Counted from the stretch's first letter, positions 39,282 to 52,071 are shown. The stretch: DNA of 63,961 bases from Rhynchobatus australiae (GCA_034780895.1 JAUZTB010000107.1:89344999-89408959); one strand, 5' to 3'. A program made the numbers and translations. The notes: generated from the letters alone by a model not told the origin.

Positions 39282-42200
39282 AAAATCCCAATTGCTCAAT
39301 TGAAGCAATATTTCAATAAAAATAATGTACCACTGTCCCACCCCACTCTATGACTCTGTACCACTAATTCCTTCACCAAAACTATCACTCGTTTCCCAGA
39401 CCTCCAGAAGCTCACCAGTGCAGGTAAAAACATATTGCCACTCAGTGGCTGAAGCAAACTTGAACAACCACTTCAATAAACACTCAGGGTTCATCTGTTA
39501 ATAGGAAAGGGCTTGCTCACTGTTTTTTTGTTGCGGGGGTATGTGCTGCTACCTTAGATGTTTTCTGAAACACATCACATTGGCTGCCTCAGAGTAGATG
39601 TAGTCCGATATGATACTGAACCAGCATCGTCTCTTTCTTTTCACTTAGCCAATCCCTTGGTATCAAGGATGGTTTAGCTCCCATTTCATTCCTGTGGGTT
39701 CTGAGGTGGCTGATGAATCAAATGTGGGACCCGTAGGCTGCTGGGATAGGGCAGGATTTGTTTAGTGAGGGTGGGTAAATCAGCAGTTATGTTCTCCTTC
39801 TGCTGCATATGCTGGGCTTCTGTGTCTGCCCCTGACAAGTGGAGGTTCTTAATGCCAGCCCAAATACGTGTCTATTCTGAGCAATCGCCGGCCAGGGATT
39901 TTCACAAGAACGTGTGGATGTTATACATTTTGAAGGAGGCTTTGGGACCATCTTTCCTCCTCTCCCTGTGTTCACCTGGTAATCTCCTGCCAGGACAGAG
40001 CTCATGGTAGAATGTCTGCTTTGGGAAAGGGGTTGGCAGGTATATGAATGATGTGACCCAGCTGTTGTGTGAAATGGTTCGTTTTGGCTTTAAGGATAGA
40101 GAATTCTTGACATGAGCTTTGGATATCAACTCTAGTTTAATCACAAAGGCAAATATGGGGACAGAATGGATGGGAACAGATACACATTCACATACACGCA
40201 GGGGACCACNNNNNNNNNNNNNNNNNNNNNNNNNNNNNNNNNNNNNNNNNNNNNNNNNNNNNNNNNNNNNNNNNNNNNNNNNNNNNNNNNNNNNNNNNNN
40301 NNNNNNNNNNNNNNNNNNNNNNNNNNNNNNNNNNNNNNNNNNNNNNNNNNNNNNNNNNNNNNNNNNNNNNNNNNNNNNNNNNNNNNNNNNNNNNNNNNNN
40401 NNNNNNNNNNNNNNNNNNNNNNNNNNNNNNNNNNNNNNNNNNNNNNNNNNNNNNNNNNNNNNNNNNNNNNNNNNNNNNNNNNNNNNNNNNNNNNNNNNNN
40501 NNNNNNNNNNNNNNNNNNNNNNNNNNNNNNNNNNNNNNNNNNNNNNNNNNNNNNNNNNNNNNNNNNNNNNNNNNNNNNNNNNNNNNNNNNNNNNNNNNNN
40601 NNNNNNNNNNNNNNNNNNNNNNNNNNNNNNNNNNNNNNNNNNNNNNNNNNNNNNNNNNNNNNNNNNNNNNNNNNNNNNNNNNNNNNNNNNNNNNNNNNNN
40701 NNNNNNNNNNNNNNNNNNNNNNNNNNNNNNNNNNNNNNNNNNNNNNNNNNNNNNNNNNNNNNNNNNNNNNNNNNNNNNNNNNNNNNNNNNNNNNNNNNNN
40801 NNNNNNNNNNNNNNNNNNNNNNNNNNNNNNNNNNNNNNNNNNNNNNNNNNNNNNNNNNNNNNNNNNNNNNNNNNNNNNNNNNNNNNNNNNNNNNNNNNNN
40901 NNNNNNNNNNNNNNNNNNNNNNNNNNNNNNNNNNNNNNNNNNNNNNNNNNNNNNNNNNNNNNNNNNNNNNNNNNNNNNNNNNNNNNNNNNNNNNNNNNNN
41001 NNNNNNNNNNNNNNNNNNNNNNNNNNNNNNNNNNNNNNNNNNNNNNNNNNNNNNNNNNNNNNNNNNNNNNNNNNNNNNNNNNNNNNNNNNNNNNNNNNNN
41101 NNNNNNNNNNNNNNNNNNNNNNNNNNNNNNNNNNNNNNNNNNNNNNNNNNNNNNNNNNNNNNNNNNNNNNNNNNNNNNNNNNNNNNNNNNNNNNNNACAC
41201 ACTCACACACACACACACAATAACAATGTACAACTTCAGGATATAATACTTCAGTGCCTGACCCACACTAACATTGGCCCTTAACGCTCCCTGAGTCTGA
41301 GTGAAACACTCCCAAACCACATGCTGATGCACTCTTACCAGTGATCTCTGCAGCGTTGTCTCACTACTCCTGGGGTCATCGAAAGAGGAAGGGCTAGTGG
41401 ATCTCAGCCCTTTTTATGGTGCTAGAAGGCTGGGAGGAGCCTCACTGTTGTGATTTAAACTGGCCAATCATTTGGGGGTCAAAGACAAAGGTTCCTGCTC
41501 CAGCCAATGGTCAGGCAGGTTCAGAGACAAAGTGTACTGGTCAGGCAGGTTCAGAGGCAAAAGGGACTCTCACACCTGAGGGGGTGGGTGGAGCAGCACC
41601 TTGATTGACAGTGGTATCACTTCCGATCCAAGGAACAATGCTGTCCTCTGACCAGCTGGGGCCATTTCTCACAACACCAGCAGAGCTGACACAGTGCAAG
41701 AAGGATCTCAGTGCAGGAGTTAATGGACCGCATTGGGAGTATCATTGTTGAGTTTTGTGCAGTACTTGAGATCCAGATCTTCAAACATTCTTTTCCTTAG
41801 TTGAACAAAGGTTGTGCTGCCGTACTGAAGGTTACAGTGAATTTCATCTTTGATGTCTGCTATTATTTAAAGATGGCTCCCAAAATATAAGCCAGCAGCA
41901 CCAGCTGCTCTTCAGGGATCTGAAGGTGGCAGCAAAATGGGAAACAGTGGAGAGGGCAGCAGCAGAGAGAGCAGGGACAGAGTGAACAACACATCGGAGG
42001 TTCCAATCACATGACATGGTTTACAGAGGCTGAATTTCCTTGCTCTGTGTTTGATGAGGATCTACACAGTGACAGATATCTGTAGCCTGTTGCAACATCA
42101 CTTACTTGCTGGAACCGTGTTAATGGTTTCTGGAAAAATCACTACCACTCTCAAAGTTTACTCTTCAGGTCTTTCCACTGCATTGTTGGAAGATCCAAAC

Positions 42201-42291
42201 TCAGGATTTTGCAGCTGTTGGCTCACAAATATGTATGGTGATTGACCAATGTACTGTTTACTAAAGTTTCCAGTTATATTAAAACTGGAGA

Positions 42292-42680
42292 GGCTGGGTG
42301 GAGGAGGCTGACAGGGGTCCTGACAGAGATATTCAAAATTGCAAGGGACATAGGGGATGGTAGGAAACTTGTCCCCTCGCAGAAGTATGTAAATCTCGAT
42401 GGCGTAGGCTTAGGATAAGCAGCGAGAGGTTTAGAGGGGATCTCAGGAAGAGCATTTTCACTCAGAGGGTGGTTGGAATATTTAACACACTGCCTGAATA
42501 TGTAACAGAGGCAAGCAGTTTCACAAGATTAAGAACTACCTAGAAGAGCATTTGACTAGCCAAGACATAGAAGGCTACAGATCAAATGCTGGTAAATAGG
42601 ATTAGTAATGATGAATACTTGTTGGTTGGCATGGACATGGTGGGTCAAGGGCCTGTTTCTGTAGTGTATGACTCCATGAC
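42292..42680 (+). mobile_element. CR1 LINE 3' end
   Basis: GGAGGAGGCTGACAGGGG..CTGACAGAG, TTTTCACTCAGAGGGTGGTTGG and a tatgactccatgact tail. Confidence 0.75.
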
Positions 42681-43039
42681 TTGAAGCCATTGTGCCTGCT
42701 CCACTATTGTATAAGACCTTATACCCTAGGCTGACCTTATACCTTGGTCCCTTAATATCAACAATCTGTCGATCTGTGTTGAATGTACTCAATGACTAAA
42801 CCTTCACAACTCTATGGGTAGAGAATTGAAAAGATGAACTAGCCTCAGGGTGCTGAAGGAATTTCTCTTCATCTCCATCATGAATTGTCACCCCTTATTT
42901 TGAGACTGTGACCCTGATTCTAGACTCCACACCCAGGATAAACATCTTCCCTGCATCTACCTTATTGAGTTCTAGACTCTAGTACCACATGTGAAGTTCC
43001 AGGACTTTCACTTCATTGATTTGCACCTGGTGTGAAAAT

Positions 43040-43475
43040 ACAAAAGGATATTTATGATGATGTGCACAAGTTTCTTCGGCAACTGCAATGATGATATGGA
43101 GTAAAAACTCCCAAAGATCTTTGGATATGCAAGCAAACATAAGTGGGATATCCATTCAGACTTGGCTCACCACACCCACCAGAAGCCAATCATCAATGCT
43201 ACAATATGCATGACGTGACCATTGGCTTCCTGAAGATGTATTTCATGTGTCAGGACAAGTGTGGAGCTGCCTTCCGGCATGCAGCAACCAACAGCTCCAG
43301 AAAGAGTTTGGTGTACTTTGGTTTGCACTGTAAAATCCAGCAGCATTGTGGTGAGCAAGATTAAGAAAAGTGCTGGGACAATGATACAACCTTGTTTGAT
43401 ATCTGTCTTCACTGTGATTGCTTGTTACTGCCGAAAGTATGAAGGTCACATCAGAGCTGGCAGCAATGTTGGAAT
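43040..43475 (-). mobile_element. RTE-clade LINE RT fragment
   Basis: VKTDIKQGCIIVPALF resembles the RTE RT motif GVKQGCVLAPTLF. Confidence 0.55.
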
Positions 43476-43479
43476 TTAT

Positions 43480-44380
43480 TGCAGAATCAGAATCAGGTTT
43501 ATTATCACTGTCTTATATGACGTGAAATTTGTTGTTTTGTGGCAGCAGTAGAGTGCAAAGATATAAAAAAGCTATAAATTGCAAAATAAATAGTGCAGAA
43601 AAAAAAGAAAAAGGACTGTTCGGAAATCTGATGGTGGAGGGGAAGAAGCTGTTTCTGAATCATTGAGTGTAGGTCTTCAGGTTCCTGTACCTCCTCCTGA
43701 ATGGTAGTAAAGAGAAGTGGGCATGTCCTGGNNNNNNNNNNNNNNNNNNNNNNNNNNNNNNNNNNNNNNNNNNNNNNNNNNNNNNNNNNNNNNNNNNNNN
43801 NNNNNNNNNNNNNNNNNNNNNNNNNNNNNNNNNNNNNNNNNNNNNNNNNNNNNNNNNNNNNNNNNNNNNNNNNNNNNNNNNNNNNNNNNNNNNNNNNNNN
43901 NNNNNNNNNNNNNNNNNNNNNNNNNNNNNNNNNNNNNNNNNNNNNNNNNNNNNNNNNNNNNNNNNNNNNNNNNNNNTCCTAATGAAGTAGAGCCACTGGC
44001 ATGCCTTCTTCATGATTGCATCAATGTGTTGGGCCTCGGAGATATTGACACCCAGGAACTTAAAGCTGCTCATCCTTTCCACCACTGACCCCTCAATGAG
44101 GACTCGTGTGTTCTCCCAACTTCCCCTTCCTGAAGACCACCATCAATCCCTTGATCTTGCTGACGTTGAGTGCGAGGTTATTGTTGGGAAACTATTCAAC
44201 CAGCCAATCTGTCTCACTCCTTTACGCCTCCTCATCACTATCTGAGATTCTGCCATTAACAGTGGTGTCATCTGCAAATTTATAAATGGCATTTGAGCTG
44301 TGCTGAGCTACACAGTCATGAGTGTAGAGAGAGTAGAGCAGTGGGCTAAGCACGCATTCTTAAGGTGTGCCTGTGTACAT
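43480..44380 (-). mobile_element. Rex1/Babar-type LINE 3' fragment
   Basis: VERMSSFKFLGVNISE...KKACQWLYFIR and KFADDTT on the minus strand, plus a (CAGAAT)n tail at 43482. Confidence 0.8.
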
Positions 44381-45179
44381 GTTTCTTCAAAGTGAATAGA
44401 AAATTGCAGATGCTGGAATGCTGAAATAAAAACAGTAAATACTGAAGATCCCAACTGGCCAGGCAGGTTTCTTTAACTCTATCCTTTTCCCCATAGACCC
44501 ACTGAATGTTTACAGCATTTTTTACTTATATAATTATGTTTCTGGGGAGTGTTACAATCAAGTCAAAATACGTTGAATGCCATATGCTATGTGGGTTGCA
44601 GAGATTTAATTGTATCACCATAGATGGAAATTCCCAGTTCCTTATCTCTGATGACCAAGAATGCCATCAAGGTTCTGATCTCCAGTTACCTATTCTGCAC
44701 TTATCAGTGGGGAAATCTGTTGAGGACCTCATCTGATCACCTCCCTCTCCTTTCTGTTCCATTTTGTCTTCTGCAAAGAGGAACAATAGACCAGCATATG
44801 TGGTAATCTGTGGAAAAAAATGCATCAGGTGATTAACAGGAGTGAAACTGCATGAGAAAGTGGGGAGTTACAGCAGTGATGGATGCAAGCAAGTGCAGAG
44901 AAAGAGTAGGGTGCATGCTGAAGTGGGTTTGAGGAGAAATGTGATGTAGATTGTACTAAGAAAAGTGGATTTTGTTACACTATTTCCATACTGTAATTGA
45001 TTTCATTCAGGTCCTCCCTCTCACCTGACCCTATATTCCCCAACATTTCTGGGAAGATATGAAGACAAGTACTAAAGTATCAATTTGACTGTACCAAAGT
45101 ATCAACTTGCTGGCTGCCCCCAGAACACTCTACGCAAAAGATGCACTTCACTATGTATTTCAATGTACGTGTGTGTAAT

Positions 45180-45950
45180 AAGGGTATCTTATCTTAGCTC
45201 CACCATATTCCACATCAGGGTTCTCAGGCCGAATATCCTTCCTCAATATTGTGTAGATTCCCTCTTTTACGAACAATGGCACTCCACCTCCTTTCCCTTT
45301 TGCCCATCTTTCCTGAATATCGAGTACCCCTGGATGGTCAGTTTCCATCCCTGGTCACCTTGCAGCTATAATCATAACATTTATTTGTGTAATTATTTCA
45401 TCTATCATATTGTGAATACTTTGTTCTTGACGTACAGTGCCTTCAAGCTAACCCCTTAAATATTCTTAGTCAGCTTAGCATTATTTTGCACAATGGCCCT
45501 GTTTGCTTCTCACCCCGATCTTTCTGTCCTTTGTCATTTCCTTTTAGCTTCCTGCCTTTCATTTCTGTCTTTGTTTCCTCTTCTCATTTTCCTTGCTCAA
45601 GTTCCTATCCTGCTCCTATTCTAGATTAGAGCATCTGCAATATCACTGGCAAACAGCCCTGCAAGGTCATTAGTTCTGGTCCTGCCCAGATGCAACCTGT
45701 CCTCATCATACAAGTCCTGCCATTCCCAGAACTAGCCCCAATGTGCCAGGAATTAAATCCATCCCTCTTACACCATCTCTTCAGTCACACATTCAGCGGA
45801 CCTGCTTTCCCCTGGAGGCAATCACCGCCAACATATCTGTTTGAGAGGAGTGCAGCCTCAGAGGACTTCTGCACTGCCTACCTGTGCAAACTGCTCCACC
45901 TGGTGGTCACCTGTTGCTATTCTGCCTGCATGGCCTTTGCCTGTGGTGTG
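45180..45950 (-). mobile_element. CR1 LINE internal fragment (endonuclease region)
   Basis: Minus-strand KGGGVPLFVKEGI..LRKDI is typical of the CR1 endonuclease. Boundaries are approximate. Confidence 0.5.
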
Positions 45951-48147
45951 GCCAGCTCGCCAAGCGTGCTACCAATGATGTGTCCTCAGCATTGCGGACA
46001 GTCCATACTGAATCCATGCTCAGCTCCTACTACAATCTAAAGGCCCTGAATACTCACCTGTTGCTACTCACCAATCGGTGGTCACCTCTGCTGTGCATCA
46101 CTTTCTAAAGCATGATGTCACCTCCAACTCTGCTGCTACTCTCTGTGAAGTGGTGCACTCTCTCAAGTGGATCCTCTTCCCTATTGCCTGCCACCAAATG
46201 TAGGTCTTGCTGCAACCTCCTGCTCAAAGGGTTACTGCCTCCTGCAGTCTCACAGGTAGATCCTCCTCGCTTGCTGCTGTAGGACCCAGTGCAGCCTCCC
46301 ACTCAACTAATGTCCTGGTTGCCACCTCCTGCGCCCTCTCAGATTGGCCTTTCTCCCTTGCCACTGCTACTGGCTCTAATAGCATTGACTATCAAGAGTA
46401 GATGATTCAAATCTATTGTTGGAGATGGTCATTACCAGGCGCTTCATGGTACAAACATTATTTGCCACATCAGCCCATGTGTGAGTTTTGTCTGGGTCTT
46501 ATCGCGTACACACATGGACTACTTCATTTGCCAAGGAGATGTGAATGGTATTGGTATTGGTGTTAGTTTATTATTGTCACTTGTGAGGTACAGTGAGAAA
46601 CTTGTCTTGCATACCGTTCGTACAGATCAATTCATTACACAGTGCAGATACATTGAGTTANNNNNNNNNNNNNNNNNNNNNNNNNNNNNNNNNNNNNNNN
46701 NNNNNNNNNNNNNNNNNNNNNNNNNNNNNNNNNNNNNNNNNNNNNNNNNNNNNNNNNNNNNNNNNNNNNNNNNNNNNNNNNNNNNNNNNNNNNNNNNNNN
46801 NNNNNNNNNNNNNNNNNNNNNNNNNNNNNNNNNNNNNNNNNNNNNNNNNNNNNNNNNNNNNNNNNNNNNNNNNNNNNNNNNNNNNNNNNNNNNNNNNNNN
46901 NNNNNNNNNNNNNNNNNNNNNNNNNNNNNNNNNNNNNNNNNNNNNNNNNNNNNNNNNNNNNNNNNNNNNNNNNNNNNNNNNNNNNNNNNNNNNNNNNNNN
47001 NNNNNNNNNNNNNNNNNNNNNNNNNNNNNNNNNNNNNNNNNNNNNNNNNNNNNNNNNNNNNNNNNNNNNNNNNNNNNNNNNNNNNNNNNNNNNNNNNNNN
47101 NNNNNNNNNNNNNNNNNNNNNNNNNNNNNNNNNNNNNNNNNNNNNNNNNNNNNNNNNNNNNNNNNNNNNNNNNNNNNNNNNNNNNNNNNNNNNNNNNNNN
47201 NNNNNNNNNNNNNNNNNNNNNNNNNNNNNNNNNNNNNNNNNNNNNNNNNNNNNNNNNNNNNNNNNNNNNNNNNNNNNNNNNNNNNNNNNNNNNNNNNNNN
47301 NNNNNNNNNNNNNNNNNNNNNNNNNNNNNNNNNNNNNNNNNNNNNNNNNNNNNNNNNNNNNNNNNNNNNNNNNNNNNNNNNNNNNNNNNNNNNNNNNNNN
47401 NNNNNNNNNNNNNNNNNNNNNNNNNNNNNNNNNNNNNNNNNNNNNNNNNNNNNNNNNNNACATCCAAGCGGTTACTCTTGATATGTGAGCCTGAATAATT
47501 ATTGTCAATGCGCCACTCAACCACAGAGAGCAGCAGACCAGAATCCAACCCGGTTCTCCTTATTGTCCACAGACATGTCCTTTCCAGGAGGAATCCCTGA
47601 AACATGATCAGGAAGAGGCAGCCATCTGCCTGTAATTGTTATCCTTAGCCCAGGGACATAGGGCCAATTGTAACATTCCCACTGGCACCCTGACTAATGT
47701 CAGGTGATCTAGCACAAATCAGACCATGACCTTATTGGTTTATATGGCTCAGCATTGCACCAAGCATTTACTCAGTCATTTGGGCCATTCCATGCTGCAA
47801 TTATTTTTGATATCTTTCTACTTATTGCACTGGGTGAGACCATTTAATTCCCAAATACTGGCAGAAACAAAAAAGAATACTGAAAATTCATGGAAATGCA
47901 CACATTCACATTGTTGGAGCAGTCAGGGTCAAGGAGATGTTAAAAGTAGAATTTACAATCAGTTACAAAGTGCTGGTTTATATTTACAGTCCACTTTATA
48001 AACTTCAACACATTAGTGCAGAAATATTATGGATAGGTTATATTTTTGGTTGTGTACTAATAGAAGTGAGGTATAACAAATAAGTTCTGTTATGCAACAA
48101 AACAACTGCCCCTGCTTATGATACTGTTACATCTGTTCAATCACCAG

Positions 48148-48300
48148 ATACAACAGTCTTCACATCCACTTCAGAGGCAACAAGCAGAGCAGCACCAACA
48201 ACCACAGGGATTTTCACTCCATCATCAATCACTCCAACATCAATGAGTGACTCTACAACCTTACCAACAATAGTTGTCAATTCCACAATACCAGAAACTA
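48148..48300 (+). CDS. Mucin-like gene, Thr/Ser/Pro-rich exon A1
   Basis: TTVFTSTSEATSRAAPTTTGIFTPSSITPTSMSDSTTLPTIVVNSTIPET. Donor A|GTGAGC is phase 1. The 5' boundary is uncertain because homology extends to about 48097. Confidence 0.6.
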
Positions 48301-48559
48301 GTGAGCACAAATCACCGTTTTCCATAGTTATTGTGAATTGGTTATGCTGTGAAATATGCAAATAACATTAGAATTTAAGACATATTTGAAAAGGCTATCA
48401 TGTTTACTTATAATTTCTGCTGAAGTGACATTTAACAGTGTAAATACTTGAATATGTAATGTTAGGTAAATGCAGTTTTATTCTGTTTACTTAGCAATAG
48501 CAGCAGCTCCCTCTATAACTTCTCTGGATAATCTCCATGTACATAATTAACATCCAAAG

Positions 48560-48697
48560 CCCCTGTCTCTACATTTACTTCAGGAATAAACAGCACAGCT
48601 GAGTCAACATCTTCAGGAAGTTCCAATCAAACATCCACAAGCGAATCTACAGCTGCAGCCTCAACAACAATGATCACCTCAATGTCAGCAGCAAGCA
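48560..48697 (+). CDS. Mucin-like gene, PTS exon B1
   Basis: PVSTFTSGINSTAESTSSGSSNQTSTSESTAAASTTMITSMSAAS. Donor A|GTAAGC. The acceptor is weak (aaag); an alternative in-phase CAG lies at 48583. Confidence 0.55.
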
Positions 48698-48719
48698 GTA
48701 AGCAAATTTGTGCTTTATA

Positions 48720-50030
48720 GATTCATAGAGTCATACAGCATGGAAACTGGCCCTTTGGCCCAACTCGTCCATGTTGACCAAATGGCTAATCCTATTTGTC
48801 TACATATTGCAAATATCCTTCTCCGACTTTCCTATCCATGTACCTGTCCAAATGTCTTTTAAACATTGTATTTGTACCTGCCTCTTCCACCTCCTCTGGC
48901 AGCTCATTCCAAATACCCATCACCTTCTGTCTGAAAAACTTGCCCTTCATATCCCCTCTAAATCTTTCCCCTCTCACATTAAATTTATGCCCTCTAATTT
49001 CAGACTTCTCTACTCTGGGAAAAAGATCATAACTCTCTATCCTATGTCCCCCATAATGTTATAAACCTGTATAAAATCACCCTACAGCTTCTTTTGCTCC
49101 AGGAAGAAACAGTCCTAGCCTATCCAATTGCTCCTTATCACTCAAACACTCTGGACCAGGCAATATTCCTGTGAAACTTTCCTGCACTCTCTCCAGCTTA
49201 ATCACATCCTTCCTATAGCATGGAGACCAGAACCGCACACAATACTCCAATTGAGGCCTAACCAGCAATTTTACAACTGTAAAATGACATCCCAACTCCT
49301 ATAGTTAATGTCTTGGCTGATGAAGGCAAGCACACCATGTACCTTCTTTGCCATTCTGTCTTTGTGTATCATCACTTCCAAGTAGCTATGTACTTGTACC
49401 CAATATCTCAATGTTCAATAGTGCTTCCCAGGGCCCTGCCATTCACTGTGTATGCCCTGGCTTGGTTTAATTTCTCAAAATGCATCACTTTGCACTTGTC
49501 TGAGTTAAATTCCAATACCACTCCCTTACCCATTTTCCCAGTTGATCTAGATCCAGTTGTACCTTTAACAACTTTCTACACACTCCACTATACAACCAAT
49601 TTTGTTGTCCCCTACAAACTTACTAATATTGCCATCAACATTCTCCTCCAAATCATTAATCTATGTGACAAAAAATAAAGGATCCAGCACTGATCCCTGA
49701 GGCACACCACCAGTTAAAGGTCTTCAATCTGAAAAGCAACCCACCACTACCACTCTCTGACTCCTACCACCAAACTAATTTTGTATCTAATCTAATATCT
49801 CACCCTTGACCCCAGGTAGCAGCCTACCTTGAGGGACCTTGTCAAAGCCCTCACCAAAGTCCATGTAGACGTCCATTGCCCTACCTTGGTCATCTCCTCA
49901 ACAAACTCAATTTAAACTGTGAGACATGATTTCCCACGAGCAAAGCCATGCTGACTACCCAAATATGTCCTTGCCTTTGCAAATGTTAGAAATCCTGTCC
50001 CTTAGAATTACATCCAGTAACTTTCCAACC
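48720..50030 (-). mobile_element. CR1 LINE 3' fragment in a mucin-gene intron
   Basis: LVRPQLEYCVRFWSP, LERVQ, WNELPEEVEEAG and GVPQGSVL on the minus strand. Confidence 0.9.
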
Positions 50031-50137
50031 ACAAGCTGGTATCTTACATCTTACTGCTGGATGGTATCTGTAAACTGACTTGTAAGTTTGATTCCAAGGT
50101 TATATTCTAAGACTGAATATCTCTGTCATTTATGCAG

Positions 50138-50347
50138 CTAAAACAACAACAGCTCTTAGACTAAATCCTAAAACTGAGACATCTACAATGCATCTACAAT
50201 CAACAACTACCACACAAATCCTCACAACCACTTCAGCAACAACAAGCACAATGATACCAACAGCTACTGACACCCCTACTCAACCATTAACAAGTGAATC
50301 CACAACATCTGCAACAATGGCTGTCAATTCCATGCTAACAGAACTTG
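50138..50347 (+). CDS. Mucin-like gene, PTS exon A2 (210 bp)
   Basis: Acceptor tgtcatttatgcag, donor G|GTGAGT, phase 1/1. KTTTALRLNPKTETSTMHLQSTTTTQILTTTSATTSTMIPTATDTPTQPLTSESTTSATMAVNSMLTEL. Confidence 0.78.
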
Positions 50348-50602
50348 GTGAGTATATCAGATAATGTCTTCAACAGCCCTTTTGCACTGGTTACACTGCC
50401 AAGTACAGTAATGATGCCAGAATTTAAGACATACTCAAGAAGCCCATCATGTATGGTCATAGTAAACTCTACCAAAGTGACCATGTGAATGACTATTAGT
50501 GCTCACAGCTGTTATATTAAGTAACAATAGCAAATTCAACAGCTCCTACTACAGCTTCTACTGATGTCACATTGTCTATGCCCATATAATTAATGTCTAC
50601 AG

Positions 50603-50740
50603 CCCCTGTCTTTACATTGATGTCAAGAACAAGCAATACAGCAGAGTCAACATCTACGGGAAGCATCGATCAGACACCAACTAGTGAATCTCCAGATGCA
50701 GCCTCAACAACAACAATTACCTCAATATCATCAGCAAGCA
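50603..50740 (+). CDS. Mucin-like gene, PTS exon B2
   Basis: PVFTLMSRTSNTAESTSTGSIDQTPTSESPDAASTTTITSISSAS. Acceptor tctacag, donor A|GTAAGC. Paralogous to B1. Confidence 0.6.
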
Positions 50741-51274
50741 GTAAGCAAAATCTCTTCAGGCATTATCTGCTGATTATTCCTGGGGGAAAGCAATGATTAG
50801 GTGATACTCAGCTAGAGTCAAAAATAAATACTAATTCTCAGTCCTTGGTCATTATGTTGTGAGCATGATCAGCAATATTGCTTTGTGAGAATATCTGTGT
50901 TGATCCTACCAATGGAATTCCTTTTCATTGCTAAGTTTCTAATGACACTGGACAATATCACATTCATAAATGCATAAATTATAATATCACTGCATTATAT
51001 TTCTATTTTGACCAAGTAGCTGTATGAGCACTGATTCAGCGACAGTCATTGTCTTGCTCTACTAACAACTGGAAAGGATTGAACTGGATGTTGAGCTTCT
51101 GAAATAACGCATTATCTGTGCCTTATAATCACAACTGACCACACTTGTACAGAAGGACATGTTGGTTAGAAATTTATGCTTTTTTCTCATTGTTACACAC
51201 CATTGGTCAAACTGACTAAGTAGATTATTTCCCAGGTTACATTCTAGGATTTAATATCCCTGTCATTTATGCAG

Positions 51275-51481
51275 CTACAACGATGGCTTCTGGAATAACT
51301 CCTAATACTAAGACATCTACAACACTTTCACAATCGTCAGCTACCACACCAATCTTTACAACTACTCTGGGAACAACAAGCACAGTGATACCAACAGCTA
51401 CTGACACCCACATTCAACCATTAAGAAGTGAATCCACAACATCCACAACAACGACTGTCAGGTCCACAACAACGGAATTTG
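51275..51481 (+). CDS. Mucin-like gene, PTS exon A3 (207 bp)
   Basis: TTMASGITPNTKTSTTLSQSSATTPIFTTTLGTTSTVIPTATDTHIQPLRSESTTSTTTTVRSTTTEF. Same splice sites as A2. Confidence 0.78.
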
Positions 51482-51656
51482 GTGAGTATCAGACAATGTC
51501 ATCAACAGCCATTTTGCACTGGTTTCTCTTCAGAATTTGCAAATACTGCCAGAATATATGGCATATTCAAAAAGCCTATTATATTTGGTTACCCTATAAT
51601 TTCTGCTAAAGTGGCAATATTAAACAGTTTAAGTACTTAGTGCTGTAATGCTAACC

Positions 51657-51986
51657 ACAAGGGCTCCCTGGGCTGTGAGTGACCTGACCTACAGAAATCC
51701 AACTTTACATAAATTCTTCTGAACATTTGTAAAGCATTTTTCAGGCTAGTATTAAGAGCAATAAAATGTTTCATGGCATTCTTCAATGACTGCATACAGT
51801 ATATATACTATTAATTTAATTATAGGTAGTGGTCAGGTGAAATGAAAGAATTACAGTGTATGTACTGTATGTAGAGCAAAACAATATGGGTAGCTATAGA
51901 AAGCAGCCATTTCTGACCTATGGAGAAATCAACTTACGGACAGTTCTCAGGAATGGAACCATTACATAAACTAGGGACTGCCTGTA
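51657..51986. mobile_element. Tc1/mariner (Tigger-like) MITE inserted between exon A3 and the B3 remnant
   Basis: Right end TAGGGACTGCCTG-TA, degenerate left end GGGCTCCCTGG. The segment is absent from the paralogous A1-B1 intron, whose flanks align on both sides. Confidence 0.55.
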
Positions 51987-52015
51987 TTTGCAGTTTTATT
52001 TTGTTTATACAACAG

Positions 52016-52071
52016 CATCGGCAGCTCTTACTACAGCTTCTCTGGATGTGACATCGTCCACTCACCTATAA
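52016..52071 (+). pseudogene. Truncated third copy of PTS exon B (B3), ending in an in-frame TAA
   Basis: Strong acceptor ttttattttgtttatacaacag, then SAALTTASLDVTSSTHL*. Homology to B1/B2 stops after the TAA. Confidence 0.55.

Noticed and set aside
39902-41332. Long ORFs of 300-476 aa in the track (also 6206-7378 and 46481-47605)
   Set aside because: They are made almost entirely of X residues from N gaps.
41508-41565. 30-bp tandem duplication TGGTCAGGCAGGTTCAGAG
   Set aside because: Two-copy local duplication with no evidence of function.
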